IMG/VR virus record: IMGVR_UViG_2698536687_000001
Source of the DNA: a virus
Taxonomy: Duplodnaviria; Heunggongvirae; Uroviricota; Caudoviricetes
Length of the DNA: 64,000 nt
Direction: 5' to 3' (one strand)
This document shows positions 53,187 to 64,000 of the stretch, piece by piece (the first letter of the stretch is position 1; each line of letters opens with the position of its first letter). The notes beneath the pieces were generated by a model that was not told the DNA's origin, ran no database searches, and worked only from the letters and a program-made list of their open reading frames with translations. The position numbers and the translations under genes were made by a program.

Positions 53187-53726
53187 ATGAATAAAATTAT
53201 TTTATTTCTAATCTTTTCTACGTTTAGTGTAGGCACTGCCTTGGCTAACTCGTTGCAAAGTCAAATTGCTGCTATTGCTCAAGCGGAAAATGAAGGGCGA
53301 GCTAAAGAGCAGCAAGCTGAGGATGCCAGAAAAGAACTTATTCGCCAACAAGCACAAGCTGAACGTATTAGAAGAGAAAAAGCAGCATCTGCCGCTGCTG
53401 CACGCGAAAAACAGCGTGTTGCTGCAGAAAATGAACGTAGAGCGAAACGAGAAGCCGAGCTAGCAAATGACAAGAAGCGAGATCAAGCTTATGAGGATGA
53501 GCTTCGCAAGCTGCAACTCGAAAGCATGAAACTCGAACTGCAAGCAAAAGCGGCTCGTGTCCAGCGAGAAAACGATTTTATAGAGCAGGAGTTGAAGGAG
53601 AGAGCAGCTAAGACAGATGTAATTCAGTCTGAGGCTGATGCAAATAGAAATATTTCTACAGGAAGTAAAGATTTACTGCAAAGCGAAGGAAAAGCTAGAG
53701 AGAAGAAAGCTAGCAGTTGGTGGTAG
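53187..53726 (+). CDS. Secreted charged coiled-coil protein, 179 aa
   Basis: Signal peptide MNKIILFLIFSTFSVGTALA; Ala/Glu/Arg/Lys-rich helical region. Confidence 0.55.
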   Translation: MNKIILFLIFSTFSVGTALANSLQSQIAAIAQAENEGRAKEQQAEDARKELIRQQAQAERIRREKAASAAAAREKQRVAAENERRAKREAELANDKKRDQAYEDELRKLQLESMKLELQAKAARVQRENDFIEQELKERAAKTDVIQSEADANRNISTGSKDLLQSEGKAREKKASSWW

Positions 53727-53782
53727 TAATCGCTACGATTGCGAGCATACTGTCACAAATGACTACTCGTAGAATCGGGTAA

Positions 53783-54373
<591 letters not shown>

Positions 54374-54383
54374 GGGGGCTGAT

Positions 54384-54995
54384 ATGGGGCTTAATGTTGC
54401 TTCAGTAAAGTCTTATGTATCTTCGGCATTAACGACGACATTATTTGGCTCCGGCGTTGGTGAGCGGGAAGTTGGTAAGCTGACGTCAATCATCATGAAC
54501 AAAATGCTGTTCGCGCAAGGATGGCAGTTCTCTGTCGAAGTTGATGGTCTGGAGGGGGCAGACTTCTTTGCTAAAGACATTACCTACCACGATTACAGCA
54601 TCGAATATGAAACGATTAAAATCGGCGGAGGGAATATCCTTCAGCCAACGGAGCGTTCGCCTGGGCAGATAACAATGATGGTCAGGGATACCGTTGATGG
54701 CCTCGTTTTGGACTGGTTTAAGACGGCAAAAGGTCGGGTGATCAATCCGGACGGTACCGGGAATATACCGTCTAAATATTTGCTCAATGTGCGTATTTAT
54801 CGGTTGCTGTCCTCCGGTTTAACCAAACTGGAAAATGAGATGACGGTATTCCCGGTCACTACCGGCGATGTCACCTATGCGCGGGATCAGGTTACGGAAT
54901 TTAAGTCATTCCCAATGACCTTCGCATTGCACAGCACGTTTAATCAATCCTCAAGTTCTTTAGCTTCCCTTCTGGGCTTTAGTTTTTCTCTTTGA
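54384..54995 (+). CDS. Hypothetical protein, 203 aa
   Basis: ORF in array. Confidence 0.4.
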   Translation: MGLNVASVKSYVSSALTTTLFGSGVGEREVGKLTSIIMNKMLFAQGWQFSVEVDGLEGADFFAKDITYHDYSIEYETIKIGGGNILQPTERSPGQITMMVRDTVDGLVLDWFKTAKGRVINPDGTGNIPSKYLLNVRIYRLLSSGLTKLENEMTVFPVTTGDVTYARDQVTEFKSFPMTFALHSTFNQSSSSLASLLGFSFSL

Positions 54996-55009
54996 ATTAA
55001 GGAGCAAGG

Positions 55010-55891
55010 ATGCTTTTACCTCTTTTCCCGCTACCATCGCGGCCAACTGAATTGATCCAGTTCCGTCAGCCAAATATTGCTGATGCGATGCGTTTCAACT
55101 CGATAACACCGGAGGAACAAGAACAACAGACAACGGCGTATTTAAAAGCCTTGCTGGCTGAACCCGCGAAATATGATCCCCTGACATGGACGGCGCAGGA
55201 CCGGATTACCGCGTTATGGTGGATATTTACTGGCTCCCGTGAAACACCGGTCGAGACATTCACCTACACCTGTAAACATTGCGGTAAAGAGCATTATTAC
55301 GATTGCGATATGAATGCTCTGGCTGAAGATATCCAGGTCCTGGAAGTGGAACCGTTCATTGACGATATTGAGGTGTCTGTAGAGGGCGTGCCTTATCAAT
55401 GGCGTATCGTGCCGCTTGATGGTTGGGCAATGGAAATGCTGGAGATGCGCCGTGCAGCATTGCCACCTGAAGACGACGCGGAATTCAAAGAAGCGATCGT
55501 TGATTTGCGTTTTTGGGAATTCGCTTATCAGTGTGAACTTTATAACGATGTTAGCGGTACTCGTGAAGAGCAGGCTGAGCGTCGTTATGAAACGATCAAA
55601 CGGATGGCCATTGATACTGAATTTATGAAGCTGGCGGCACACATCCGGCTGGCTCATGAAAAGCTCGAACATGGTTTACCGTGCTACATCGATAAAGGCG
55701 AAATGCGTCTTCGTCTCCCGCCGCACAAATGCCCAAACCAGGATACAAAGGAGTCCACAGAGGGTGCGTATACCCGTCTGTGGGTGCCCTTTCGGGCTAC
55801 CGACTTCATTCCACAGGTGGGGATTGAAAAGCTATCAGACCTTAGTGTCCAACCTGGTTTTGTATGGGGGTATACCGATTCAGGACGCTGA
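55010..55891 (+). CDS. Hypothetical protein, 293 aa
   Basis: ORF in array. Confidence 0.4.
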   Translation: MLLPLFPLPSRPTELIQFRQPNIADAMRFNSITPEEQEQQTTAYLKALLAEPAKYDPLTWTAQDRITALWWIFTGSRETPVETFTYTCKHCGKEHYYDCDMNALAEDIQVLEVEPFIDDIEVSVEGVPYQWRIVPLDGWAMEMLEMRRAALPPEDDAEFKEAIVDLRFWEFAYQCELYNDVSGTREEQAERRYETIKRMAIDTEFMKLAAHIRLAHEKLEHGLPCYIDKGEMRLRLPPHKCPNQDTKESTEGAYTRLWVPFRATDFIPQVGIEKLSDLSVQPGFVWGYTDSGR

Positions 55892-55972
55892 AAGGCTCAC
55901 TGAATCCTATGCGTTTTTCCTGTTGGAGAAACTGGAAGAAAAACTTAAACCAAAGCGGTAGGCGATAAGATC

Positions 55973-58900
55973 ATGGAAAGAAAAAACGCCAACATTGACG
56001 ATGTGATAAGGACGGTTGAAACCGCCAGCGCAAAAGAGCTGGAAGAGCTTGCAGGTATTCGGGAAGCTGTTGAAGATTTGAAAGGGGGGCGAGTTGATAC
56101 TGTTGATCCTGTCTCTCGCAGCGTGTCGGCATTAAATCGCACAATCGAAAATTCCCGGCCTGACTTTGTGGCCAAAGCGCCATCCGTAGACCCTATTGTT
56201 GACGCAATGAAACGGCTTAATTTAGGGGACGTTTCTCGTGTAGTTCAGGAAGATGTTGCTCAACAGGAACAGCGGGCCAAATCAACCACACCAAAGGGTA
56301 AAAAACGACGCAGGAAGGCTATACCAGAGGATGTAAAGGCACAACGGACCGAAGCAGCCGAACACGCTCGCGAAATGTTCGGTCAAAAAGGCGGTGCGCA
56401 AAAAAGCCAAAACCAACGCGATGCGCGTGGTCGTTTTATTGGAAAGTCAGGGAGTAAGGCCGCAGCGGAAGATGCCCGCGCTGAACGAGCAGAAAAGGCC
56501 AGGCGAAAAGAGGATGATGAGCGTCTAAATGCTGAATCAGGTTTATTAAAAAAACTGTCAAAAGTAGCTGAAGGCATAGGTAACCCTTCAGAGACTCGTG
56601 CCGTCGATGCGTTAGGTTATGCCGTTGCTGGTCCATTGTGGGCAGCAGGGAAGGAGCTTGGCGGGATATCAAAAGAAGTTGGTGGATCGCTTAATGGTGC
56701 CAGAAAGTCTATTGCCGATGTGATTCGTGGCAATGACGATAACAGCCGTAGAAAAGGTTTTTTTAGGCGTAAATCGCAAAATAGTGCCGATGTCGTTCAG
56801 GTTAACACCCAAAAACGGACGGTTCAGGAACTTCAGGAGCAGACCAGCGAAATTAAAGAGGGCAATGACAAGATTCTCAGCGCCCTTGATCAGATTGCCA
56901 AAAACACCGGGAAAAAGAAGGGTGGCTTGCTGTCCAAACTATTTAGCCTGTTAGGGAAGGGGGCCGGTGGCGTCGCGTCGTTGTTAATGGGGCGTGGCAT
57001 GCTGAAAAAAGCTGGAGCACTCGCTTTTGGCGCTCTGGGGGCAAAGAAACTTGTAGGAATGCTACGCGGTGGTGGCAAGAAGACTCTCGCTCATGAAGGC
57101 GGAGATTTGGCTGCCCGGGCAGCAGGTAAACTTGGATTAAAGGCAGTTGGTAAAGGGGCGTTACGCGCAATTCCCCTAGTCGGCACAGTGGCTGGAGGTA
57201 TTTATGATGCGGTAACCGGTTGGAATGATACAGAAGCGCAACGTCGAGCGTTTGGGCTTAAATCAGGACAAGATCCATCATTCCAGCAAAAAGCCGCTTA
57301 TACGTTAGCCAATGTTCTTGATTTGGGGGGACTGGTATCTGGTATTAGCAGTGCTATTGGTGATGTTCTCAAATCACTTGGATTTGAGGATATCGGCAAT
57401 ATGTTGCAATCATTTTCGACGGAAAGTATTGCCCAGGCCATTGATAGCGGGGTTACCAACTTAGAAACATATATTTCTAACCTTGGCGACACCATTTCTA
57501 CCAAGTTCGATGATTACACAGCAAAGATTGGTGATGCTGTTTCAGCATGGTTTAGCGATACATCTAATAAGTTGCTTGAAAAGCTGGATGCCATAAAAGA
57601 CTTCTTTACTGTCGATAACCTGAAACAGGTTTTCAGTGATGCAATTGATAGTGCAATTGACTTCATTAAGAACCCAGGGAAACACATTAAAGAGGCGGCT
57701 GGTAATATTTGGGATGGGGTTAAAAATTTACCCGGTAAAGCATTAGATGCAGCGGTTGATGCCGTTAAAAATACCCCTGCGGCAATGATTGTATCAAAAA
57801 TACCCAATCCGATCGGCGAGGCTAATGCAAAAGAAATCACTCCAGAGTTAAAAGCTCCGGTTAATAGCCACCAGGAGACATCTGATTCTAAAACTGAATC
57901 CGATGCTAAACAGACTAATATTGCTACCCGCGTGATAAATGCGGCACTGGACACGGCGAAAGATAGCAATAAAACAGTTAAAGAAACTGCCAATCAGATT
58001 ATCAATGCAAATGCCGTAGAAACGGGCAATAGCGCGGTGCGGAAAATTGATTCAGCTATTGGACAAAATAGCTCGTCATCATCGTCGCGTAATACCACCG
58101 GCACTGGGAATGACATTCAGAAAGCTGCTGATACCTACAATAATGGCAACTTAGATGTAAAAGTCGGAAGCCTTGGCGCTGAAGGTAAGGCAAATCTCGA
58201 TAAGTTAGCTCCGTATTTTGCTGAACTAGAGAATAAGTATGGTCTTCCTGAAGGCACTCTTTACGCGATTGCTGCAACTGAATCTGGTGGTAATCCGTAC
58301 GCAAAATCCCAAACTGGTGCTCTAGGAATGTTTCAGTTCACGGGCATTGCTCGTGAAGAGACTGGCTTAGCTGAAGGTGAATCGTTTGATCCTGTGAAAT
58401 CGGCAGAAGCTGCGGCTCTTCTCATGAGCAAGTATCTGAAGCAAGCCAATGGAGACTTAAACGAGGCCATCACTGCATATAACGCTGGGTTTGGCACTAT
58501 TAATAAGTGGAAAAAAGGCACCGGTGACTTATCGAAGGAAAACCGTGAGTACGCGATCAAGGTCAATACTCATCGTGCTCGCTATTTAGGTGGTGAAATC
58601 TATACACCTGGGGCAGGAGCACAGGGTGGGGCGCAATATGGAGTGAGGGGACCACTGCCTGATAACGCTGTTATCGATCAGTCTACTGGCCTGGCGTTTA
58701 CCCCTGGTGATAGCCCGTTTGAGAAAGGCGGTCTGGTAGACAAAATTGGCAATGCTGTTGGCGTTAACGATCTGGTCAACAAATTCATGAATGGCCGGGG
58801 TATGCGTCGGGAAGTCGTTCAGGGAACGCTCGAAGAACGTGCACGAGGGAAGGGGACCGCAACAGCAGCTGGCAATGTGTATGTTGATACTCCGATGCCA

Positions 58901-59365
58901 GTTGAAGAGGCGCGTCCGGTGGCCAGCAACTCAAGTTACTTTGACCAACTCGGCGCACAAATGGGGATTGATGGACTATTCGATAAACTCCGCAACTCGC
59001 CGGGGATGCGGAAAAATAATGCGCCTGAACCAGCCTCCACGTCCCAGGTGACGACTGCCGCCAACGATTTGCAGCAACCAACCGGTCGTATGCAGATAGA
59101 CGGACAGGTTATTAGTGACCTTGGCGGCTCCGGTGCCAAGCCGACAATGCAGTTGGCTGATAATACCGTTTCACTTGATGGTGAAACGAAGCGGCTGTTT
59201 GCGCAGATGACCTCATTGCTTGCCAGGATTGAAGAGCACACTAAAGACTCGGCGAAAGGCCAGGGAACTGTCGTAAAGGTCAGCACGCCTCAACCGGGCG
59301 TTATGCGCACGGTGCCACTGTCAATTGATGATCCGTTGATGAATGACTACGCGAGAGTTGATTGA
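55973..59365 (+). CDS. sit: Large virion protein with soluble lytic transglycosylase domain (Sit-like), 1130 aa
   Basis: SLT motifs ATESGGNPYAKSQTGALGMFQF ... AYNAG; size close to P1 Sit as recalled. Confidence 0.7.
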   Translation: MERKNANIDDVIRTVETASAKELEELAGIREAVEDLKGGRVDTVDPVSRSVSALNRTIENSRPDFVAKAPSVDPIVDAMKRLNLGDVSRVVQEDVAQQEQRAKSTTPKGKKRRRKAIPEDVKAQRTEAAEHAREMFGQKGGAQKSQNQRDARGRFIGKSGSKAAAEDARAERAEKARRKEDDERLNAESGLLKKLSKVAEGIGNPSETRAVDALGYAVAGPLWAAGKELGGISKEVGGSLNGARKSIADVIRGNDDNSRRKGFFRRKSQNSADVVQVNTQKRTVQELQEQTSEIKEGNDKILSALDQIAKNTGKKKGGLLSKLFSLLGKGAGGVASLLMGRGMLKKAGALAFGALGAKKLVGMLRGGGKKTLAHEGGDLAARAAGKLGLKAVGKGALRAIPLVGTVAGGIYDAVTGWNDTEAQRRAFGLKSGQDPSFQQKAAYTLANVLDLGGLVSGISSAIGDVLKSLGFEDIGNMLQSFSTESIAQAIDSGVTNLETYISNLGDTISTKFDDYTAKIGDAVSAWFSDTSNKLLEKLDAIKDFFTVDNLKQVFSDAIDSAIDFIKNPGKHIKEAAGNIWDGVKNLPGKALDAAVDAVKNTPAAMIVSKIPNPIGEANAKEITPELKAPVNSHQETSDSKTESDAKQTNIATRVINAALDTAKDSNKTVKETANQIINANAVETGNSAVRKIDSAIGQNSSSSSSRNTTGTGNDIQKAADTYNNGNLDVKVGSLGAEGKANLDKLAPYFAELENKYGLPEGTLYAIAATESGGNPYAKSQTGALGMFQFTGIAREETGLAEGESFDPVKSAEAAALLMSKYLKQANGDLNEAITAYNAGFGTINKWKKGTGDLSKENREYAIKVNTHRARYLGGEIYTPGAGAQGGAQYGVRGPLPDNAVIDQSTGLAFTPGDSPFEKGGLVDKIGNAVGVNDLVNKFMNGRGMRREVVQGTLEERARGKGTATAAGNVYVDTPMPVEEARPVASNSSYFDQLGAQMGIDGLFDKLRNSPGMRKNNAPEPASTSQVTTAANDLQQPTGRMQIDGQVISDLGGSGAKPTMQLADNTVSLDGETKRLFAQMTSLLARIEEHTKDSAKGQGTVVKVSTPQPGVMRTVPLSIDDPLMNDYARVD

Positions 59366-59721
59366 TGGCCAACAATAATGAAATTGATCCTTTACTGACG
59401 CTGGAGTTATCCGGCGTAAAAACGTATGAGTCCCAGGAGGAGGCCTGGGGCGCTCGTTTATATGAGTGGCTAAACACTTATCAGGGTGAGGTATACGGAG
59501 ATCCGTCATGGGGCAATGTTTTACCGCAGTTTAAACACGAACCGACCAACTTGTCGCATGTTCAAATTGCGGTTGAGGCAATGCTGTTGCAAAAACTGAC
59601 GGTAGATTTACCTGACATACCGATTTCTGGCTTGTCAGTAGCCGAGGGAGATGCTTTTGATAAGTTGAAAATATCCATTCGTATCAGGGATATAACTATC
59701 ACACAGGACGTGGTGCTATGA
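59362..59721 (+). CDS. Hypothetical baseplate/tail protein, 119 aa
   Basis: Translationally coupled ORF after sit. Confidence 0.4.
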   Translation: MMANNNEIDPLLTLELSGVKTYESQEEAWGARLYEWLNTYQGEVYGDPSWGNVLPQFKHEPTNLSHVQIAVEAMLLQKLTVDLPDIPISGLSVAEGDAFDKLKISIRIRDITITQDVVL

Positions 59722-61151
59722 GTAAAACAACACCGACTAAAGACAGTATTCGTGCAGAGTTTGAAGAGCTTGTCGAGAAAGATTCATTCTGGTCGAAGTT
59801 TGTCGGCTCTCAATTTGTCTCGATGCTGACATTGTTTATTACCCAGATTGTCTACAGGTGCTTTCAGTATGCCGATGCGGCGCTGGCTGAAGGCTTTATA
59901 TCGACCGCGACGCGGCGTTCCTCTATCCTGGCAGCGGCAGAAACGAATAGTTACGTTGGTACCAAGCCAACACCGTCATCGGGGATGATTGAGATCACCG
60001 CCACAAGTGAAGATGCCCCAGCGGTAATCCCCAAAAACATGCCTTTAATATCTGACGACCAGTACCCTTACATGACTATGGATGTATGCAGGTTGGTTGA
60101 CGGCACCGGTACGGTAGAAGTGGCACAGTTGGAAATCCAGGAGGTGACATATACCGTTACGGCAGCCAAAGAATTTCTGGAAGTCGTGTTATCAAAGGCT
60201 CTCACTGCTGTCTGCTATAAGCTGGAAGTATTCGTGACGACCGATGGTAAGACCACGCAGTGGTCTTCCAGCACTATGTTCCGGTTAGCCGGTAGTAAAA
60301 GCCAGGTCTACGTTGAGTTTTATAAACCATCCGAGCAGTTGGGGGTTCGATTCGGCGATGGGCTAATTGGGCAAATACCGCCAGAAGGCTCGACAATTAC
60401 GCTTAAGGTATGGTGCACCAACGGCGATATAACCCTGGTTGCTGGCCAAAACCTGACGCCTGTCGATTCTGCGGCTAATTTAGCTAATTTGATTTCAGTT
60501 AAGACAACGACACCTATAACCGCAGGTACCGATGCCGAAACAACGGAGATCACACGTAACCGTGCACAATATTACCTTGCCTATGATGATCAGGTCGTAT
60601 GGGGCGGGGACTATACGTATTTTCTGGTGCGTAACATCCCGGGACTGTCCTGGGTAAAGGCATGGGGCGAGGGTCAGCAAGAAAAATTAGATGGTGCTTA
60701 TAATGTTCAGAATATCAATAAGATATTTATTTCAGGATGGCATCCAAACAAAAGCCAGTCAGAGCTTGAAGAAATGATCTTGGCTGCCTTTAAGAAGGTG
60801 CCGAATGAGTTGAACAAGAAATTCTCGTATAAAGAGGTCAGAAAACTACCCTTTAAGATCACCATCACCGGGCGGATATCGGCAAGCCTGACCATTGAGA
60901 ACGTGACTGATGAGCTGAAGTCGGCACTGGAAACAAAATTTGGGCGTGACTCAACTTTCTTTGATCCGAACCGTGTCGGCAAGTACATCCTAATCAAGAA
61001 AAAAGACGTTTGGGCATTTATCGAAACGCTGGGTTATTTCCGCGACTTTTATCTGGAATTTGTCGAGTGGAATGAGTCCAACGGCTTTTACGATTTCGTT
61101 TATCTGGATACAGAAAACTCCACCTTTAATATTTTGTATGAGGAGGAGTGA
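59718..61151 (+). CDS. Putative baseplate protein, 477 aa
   Basis: Coupled ORF in tail module. Confidence 0.4.
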   Translation: MSKTTPTKDSIRAEFEELVEKDSFWSKFVGSQFVSMLTLFITQIVYRCFQYADAALAEGFISTATRRSSILAAAETNSYVGTKPTPSSGMIEITATSEDAPAVIPKNMPLISDDQYPYMTMDVCRLVDGTGTVEVAQLEIQEVTYTVTAAKEFLEVVLSKALTAVCYKLEVFVTTDGKTTQWSSSTMFRLAGSKSQVYVEFYKPSEQLGVRFGDGLIGQIPPEGSTITLKVWCTNGDITLVAGQNLTPVDSAANLANLISVKTTTPITAGTDAETTEITRNRAQYYLAYDDQVVWGGDYTYFLVRNIPGLSWVKAWGEGQQEKLDGAYNVQNINKIFISGWHPNKSQSELEEMILAAFKKVPNELNKKFSYKEVRKLPFKITITGRISASLTIENVTDELKSALETKFGRDSTFFDPNRVGKYILIKKKDVWAFIETLGYFRDFYLEFVEWNESNGFYDFVYLDTENSTFNILYEEE

Positions 61152-61987
61152 TGCAGCGTTCCTGGTTTAATAACCGGCTTACATCAGCTAAGCAAAAGTC
61201 ATTGCTCTATAAATCATTGGCTGATTTGGTTCAGTCAATGATGGATACCTTTGTTGACCCATGGTTGGAGCGAATTACCAACCGGAAGTCTATTTTTTCC
61301 ATGAGCAAGGAGGATCTGGAGACCAGGACAAATGAACTTGGCCAGTTCTTTACTATTAGAACGTCGAACTCATCTTCCGTTCCGATGTTGTTACAACAGC
61401 GTCTTGATGAGATTCACTTTAAGGGGACTGAACGCCCTATAAACCAGACAATTTACCGCGAATTTAACGGTATTTCTGTTTTATGGGATCCGATATATGC
61501 ACCGGTGGATCTTGAGCGTCATCCCTATGGCACGGTTCTAATACCAGAAAGCACACTGGAGACTACCGGCGGCACATTCGGCGAGATGTTTCTGACTTCC
61601 AGAGGGATGATCAGTATTCCCATAAACGACCTGGCCCGGACAATGGGGATTACTGGCACGATAGATCAGTCCGCAATTACAGAAGAAATTCTCAGAAAGT
61701 TTAATCAGTTCGTAAAGCCTCTACTGCCACTGCATATAGTGTTTGATGGGCTTACGCTCTATTTGTCGGTTGTTGTAAATGAACAGGCCGACATGATCAC
61801 TTTGAACGAGATTTCTGATACCGAAAAAGCGTACTGCTGGTTTGAAACTTCGGATACAACTTCGCTTACTGGAGTTACGTCGATTAGCGCTCCGATCACT
61901 GCAACGCCGGGCGGCACTATTGTGAAAGCAACGCCTACGTTTGATCGCACCCGCGCAGATGATTTGCTGCTGGATAGCGATGCCTGA
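61148..61987 (+). CDS. Putative baseplate/tail protein, 279 aa
   Basis: Coupled ORF in tail module. Confidence 0.4.
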   Translation: MMQRSWFNNRLTSAKQKSLLYKSLADLVQSMMDTFVDPWLERITNRKSIFSMSKEDLETRTNELGQFFTIRTSNSSSVPMLLQQRLDEIHFKGTERPINQTIYREFNGISVLWDPIYAPVDLERHPYGTVLIPESTLETTGGTFGEMFLTSRGMISIPINDLARTMGITGTIDQSAITEEILRKFNQFVKPLLPLHIVFDGLTLYLSVVVNEQADMITLNEISDTEKAYCWFETSDTTSLTGVTSISAPITATPGGTIVKATPTFDRTRADDLLLDSDA

Positions 61988-62065
61988 CAATCACCCCGTC
62001 CGTAGGGCGGGGTGACAAGTTACTTCTCTTACAATGAGGCTTCACAACATTGATTAGGGAAAATC

Positions 62066-62500
62066 ATGTCTGACGTCTCAACAAACCTCTATAAGAGTCA
62101 GTTGTTGGACTATTACTATCAGCGGCGCGCTGAATCGTCCATTAACAAAGGCTCTCGATTTTTAATCAGCAAGGCCGTTTTCGGTACCAGTTCGCTGGTT
62201 ACCAAGAAAGGAGATGGCACTTATGAGATTGGAGAACTGCCAAAGGCTTTCGATCTGGCAGAACTGACCAGTCAATTTTGCACCATCAACCTCGTGCCAA
62301 CCTACTCAGGTGGGATAATTACTGTCCGAATGGACCTTGATCAAAGCCAGTTGCAGGAAGGGAAAAACTACCCATTCAACACTCTGGTTGTTCTGGATAA
62401 CGAGAACAAGCCAATCGCCATTATTTGTGTCCAGGAAGACTCGCTGTATGTGGGCAAAACATATACCGCAGTTATGGCCATAAACACGACTACAGCATAA
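62066..62500 (+). CDS. Hypothetical tail protein, 144 aa
   Basis: ORF immediately upstream of tail-fibre gene. Confidence 0.4.
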   Translation: MSDVSTNLYKSQLLDYYYQRRAESSINKGSRFLISKAVFGTSSLVTKKGDGTYEIGELPKAFDLAELTSQFCTINLVPTYSGGIITVRMDLDQSQLQEGKNYPFNTLVVLDNENKPIAIICVQEDSLYVGKTYTAVMAINTTTA

Positions 62501-62511
62501 GGATATGCTTG

Positions 62512-64000
62512 ATGAATGACGTTACAGTTGTCACATCGGTTACTTACCCATCACCCGAGTCGTTGGCTCTGGTGGCTGATGTGCAATACCACGAACCATA
62601 TCTGTCAGCCGCGCTAAACCGAAAATTCAGGGGGATTGTTGACCCGGGATTTTATGCCGGTTTCTTACCTAAGCCTGGCGGTGGGATGAACCTGTTAATC
62701 ACCTCAGTGGATGGTGATAAAACCGCAGGCGCGGCGTCGGTGGATATTGGTGAATTCTACCAGGTAACTATTCAGCAACGTAAGGATATTTCTCTTGCAC
62801 TTAGTGCAGGCAAGAAATATGCAATTGTGCTGAAGGGAAGATACCTCCTTGGAGAAGATACCTATCAGGTGAATACCGCGTCACATATTCATGCGGCTGA
62901 ATTTGTTGCCAGAACCTATACCGATTCATATCAGTTAGGAGATGGGGAGCTGCTTGTTTGTACGGTGAATATCCCTGCTGGTGTATCTGCCATTACCCAG
63001 GAGATGATTGATACATCCGAGCGTATCAACCGCACGATCGGCATTGATATTTCAGACTCTGTAACCAGTAGCAGAAGTGATGTTGCTGCAAGTTCGCTGG
63101 CAGTTAAAAAAGCTTACGATCTGGCGAAAAGTAAGTATACGGCGCAGGATGCAAGCACAACGCAAAAGGGATTAGTTCAGCTCAGTAGCGAAACTAACAG
63201 CGACAGCGAAACAATGGCGGCTACCCCTAAAGCCGTTAAGTCTGTAAAAGATCTTGCTGATACCAAAGCGCCAATAGAAAGCCCGAGTCTGACAGGAACG
63301 CCAACCGCGCCGACGGCAGCGCAAGGTACAAATAGCACGCAGATCGCAAATACAGCCTTTGTTAAGGCAGCTATAACGGCACTTATCAACGGTGCACCTG
63401 GCACACTGGATACGCTTAAAGAAATAGCTGCTGCGATCAATAACGACCCGAATTTCAGCACAACTATCAACAATGCTCTGGCTCTTAAAGCTCCTTTAGC
63501 AAGTCCTGCATTAACGGGAATACCTACTGCGCCTACCGCTGCACAGGGTACGAATAACACGCAGATTGCTACGACCGCTTATGTAAGAGCTGCCATATCC
63601 GCATTGGTTGGTTCATCACCAGAAGCTCTTGATACCCTGAATGAGCTTGCCGCAGCACTTGGTAATGACCCGAACTTTGCGACAACAATGACAAATGCGC
63701 TGGCAGGCAAACAGCCTCTGGATGCAACTTTAACCGCGCTCGCTGGCCTTGCGACTGGTGCAAACAAACTGCCTTATTTCACCGGTAAGGATACGGTAGC
63801 GCAGACTGATTTAACGTCAGTCGGTCGCGATATTCTGGCTAAAACAAGCACACTGGCCGTTATCCAATACCTTGGTTTAAGAGAACTCGGTACCAGCGGT
63901 GAAAAGATCCCCCTGTTGAGTACGGCTAACACATGGAGTGCGCGCCAGACTTTCAACGGCGGGATCACCGGGGCGCTGACAGGGAACGCCGACACCGCGA
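62512..64000 (+). CDS. Tail fibre protein, 5-prime part (open to window end)
   Basis: ATG at 62512; no stop to position 64000; contains tandem repeat SPSLTGTPTAPTAAQGTNSTQIANTAFVKAAI / SPALTGIPTAPTAAQGTNNTQIATTAYVRAAI typical of tail-fibre shafts. Confidence 0.7.
   Translation, partial: MNDVTVVTSVTYPSPESLALVADVQYHEPYLSAALNRKFRGIVDPGFYAGFLPKPGGGMNLLITSVDGDKTAGAASVDIGEFYQVTIQQRKDISLALSAGKKYAIVLKGRYLLGEDTYQVNTASHIHAAEFVARTYTDSYQLGDGELLVCTVNIPAGVSAITQEMIDTSERINRTIGIDISDSVTSSRSDVAASSLAVKKAYDLAKSKYTAQDASTTQKGLVQLSSETNSDSETMAATPKAVKSVKDLADTKAPIESPSLTGTPTAPTAAQGTNSTQIANTAFVKAAITALINGAPGTLDTLKEIAAAINNDPNFSTTINNALALKAPLASPALTGIPTAPTAAQGTNNTQIATTAYVRAAISALVGSSPEALDTLNELAAALGNDPNFATTMTNALAGKQPLDATLTALAGLATGANKLPYFTGKDTVAQTDLTSVGRDILAKTSTLAVIQYLGLRELGTSGEKIPLLSTANTWSARQTFNGGITGALTGNADTA

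Overview
This 64-kb window reads as a contiguous stretch of a P1-like temperate phage-plasmid. Calls rest on reading the sequence and on recalled knowledge of phage P1; no database search or alignment was run. Left to right: the 5-prime part of cre (minus strand, runs off the window start), an exact loxP site, the immC region (coi, c1) with C1-operator-like 17-mers, two tandem immI-like cassettes (c4-like RNA, icd-like, ant-like) separated by a 266-N assembly gap, pacB/pacA with the GATC-rich pac site inside pacA, lpa, a post-doc pair and doc/phd. A type IC restriction-modification locus (hsdM, hsdS, hsdR) sits immediately beyond the phd promoter. Next come a minus-strand operon under C1-like operators (HAD-like phosphatase, coiled-coil protein, Ser/Thr phosphatase, two DUF115-like paralogs, VRR-NUC nuclease), putative baseplate genes, a lipoprotein, a tRNA-Thr(UGU)-like gene interrupted by an HNH endonuclease ORF, and a bifunctional DNA methyltransferase (dmt) carrying a 341-aa LAGLIDADG intein in its C5-methyltransferase PCQ motif. 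These are followed by an rdgC homolog, a spanin-like overlapping gene pair, the plasmid replicon (DnaA boxes, GATC heptamers, incC iterons, repA, incA iterons, parA, parB, parS-like region), head and tail genes, an AT-rich three-gene accessory island, repL, a kilA-like gene, a third immI-like cassette, two exported proteins, more virion genes including a transglycosylase-containing 1130-aa protein (sit-like), and the 5-prime part of a tail-fibre gene that runs off the window end. The best candidates for something undescribed are the dmt intein, the HNH-split tRNA, the AT-rich island at 47.1-48.9 kb and the duplicated immI-like cassettes beside c1. No CRISPR array, IS element or transposase was seen.
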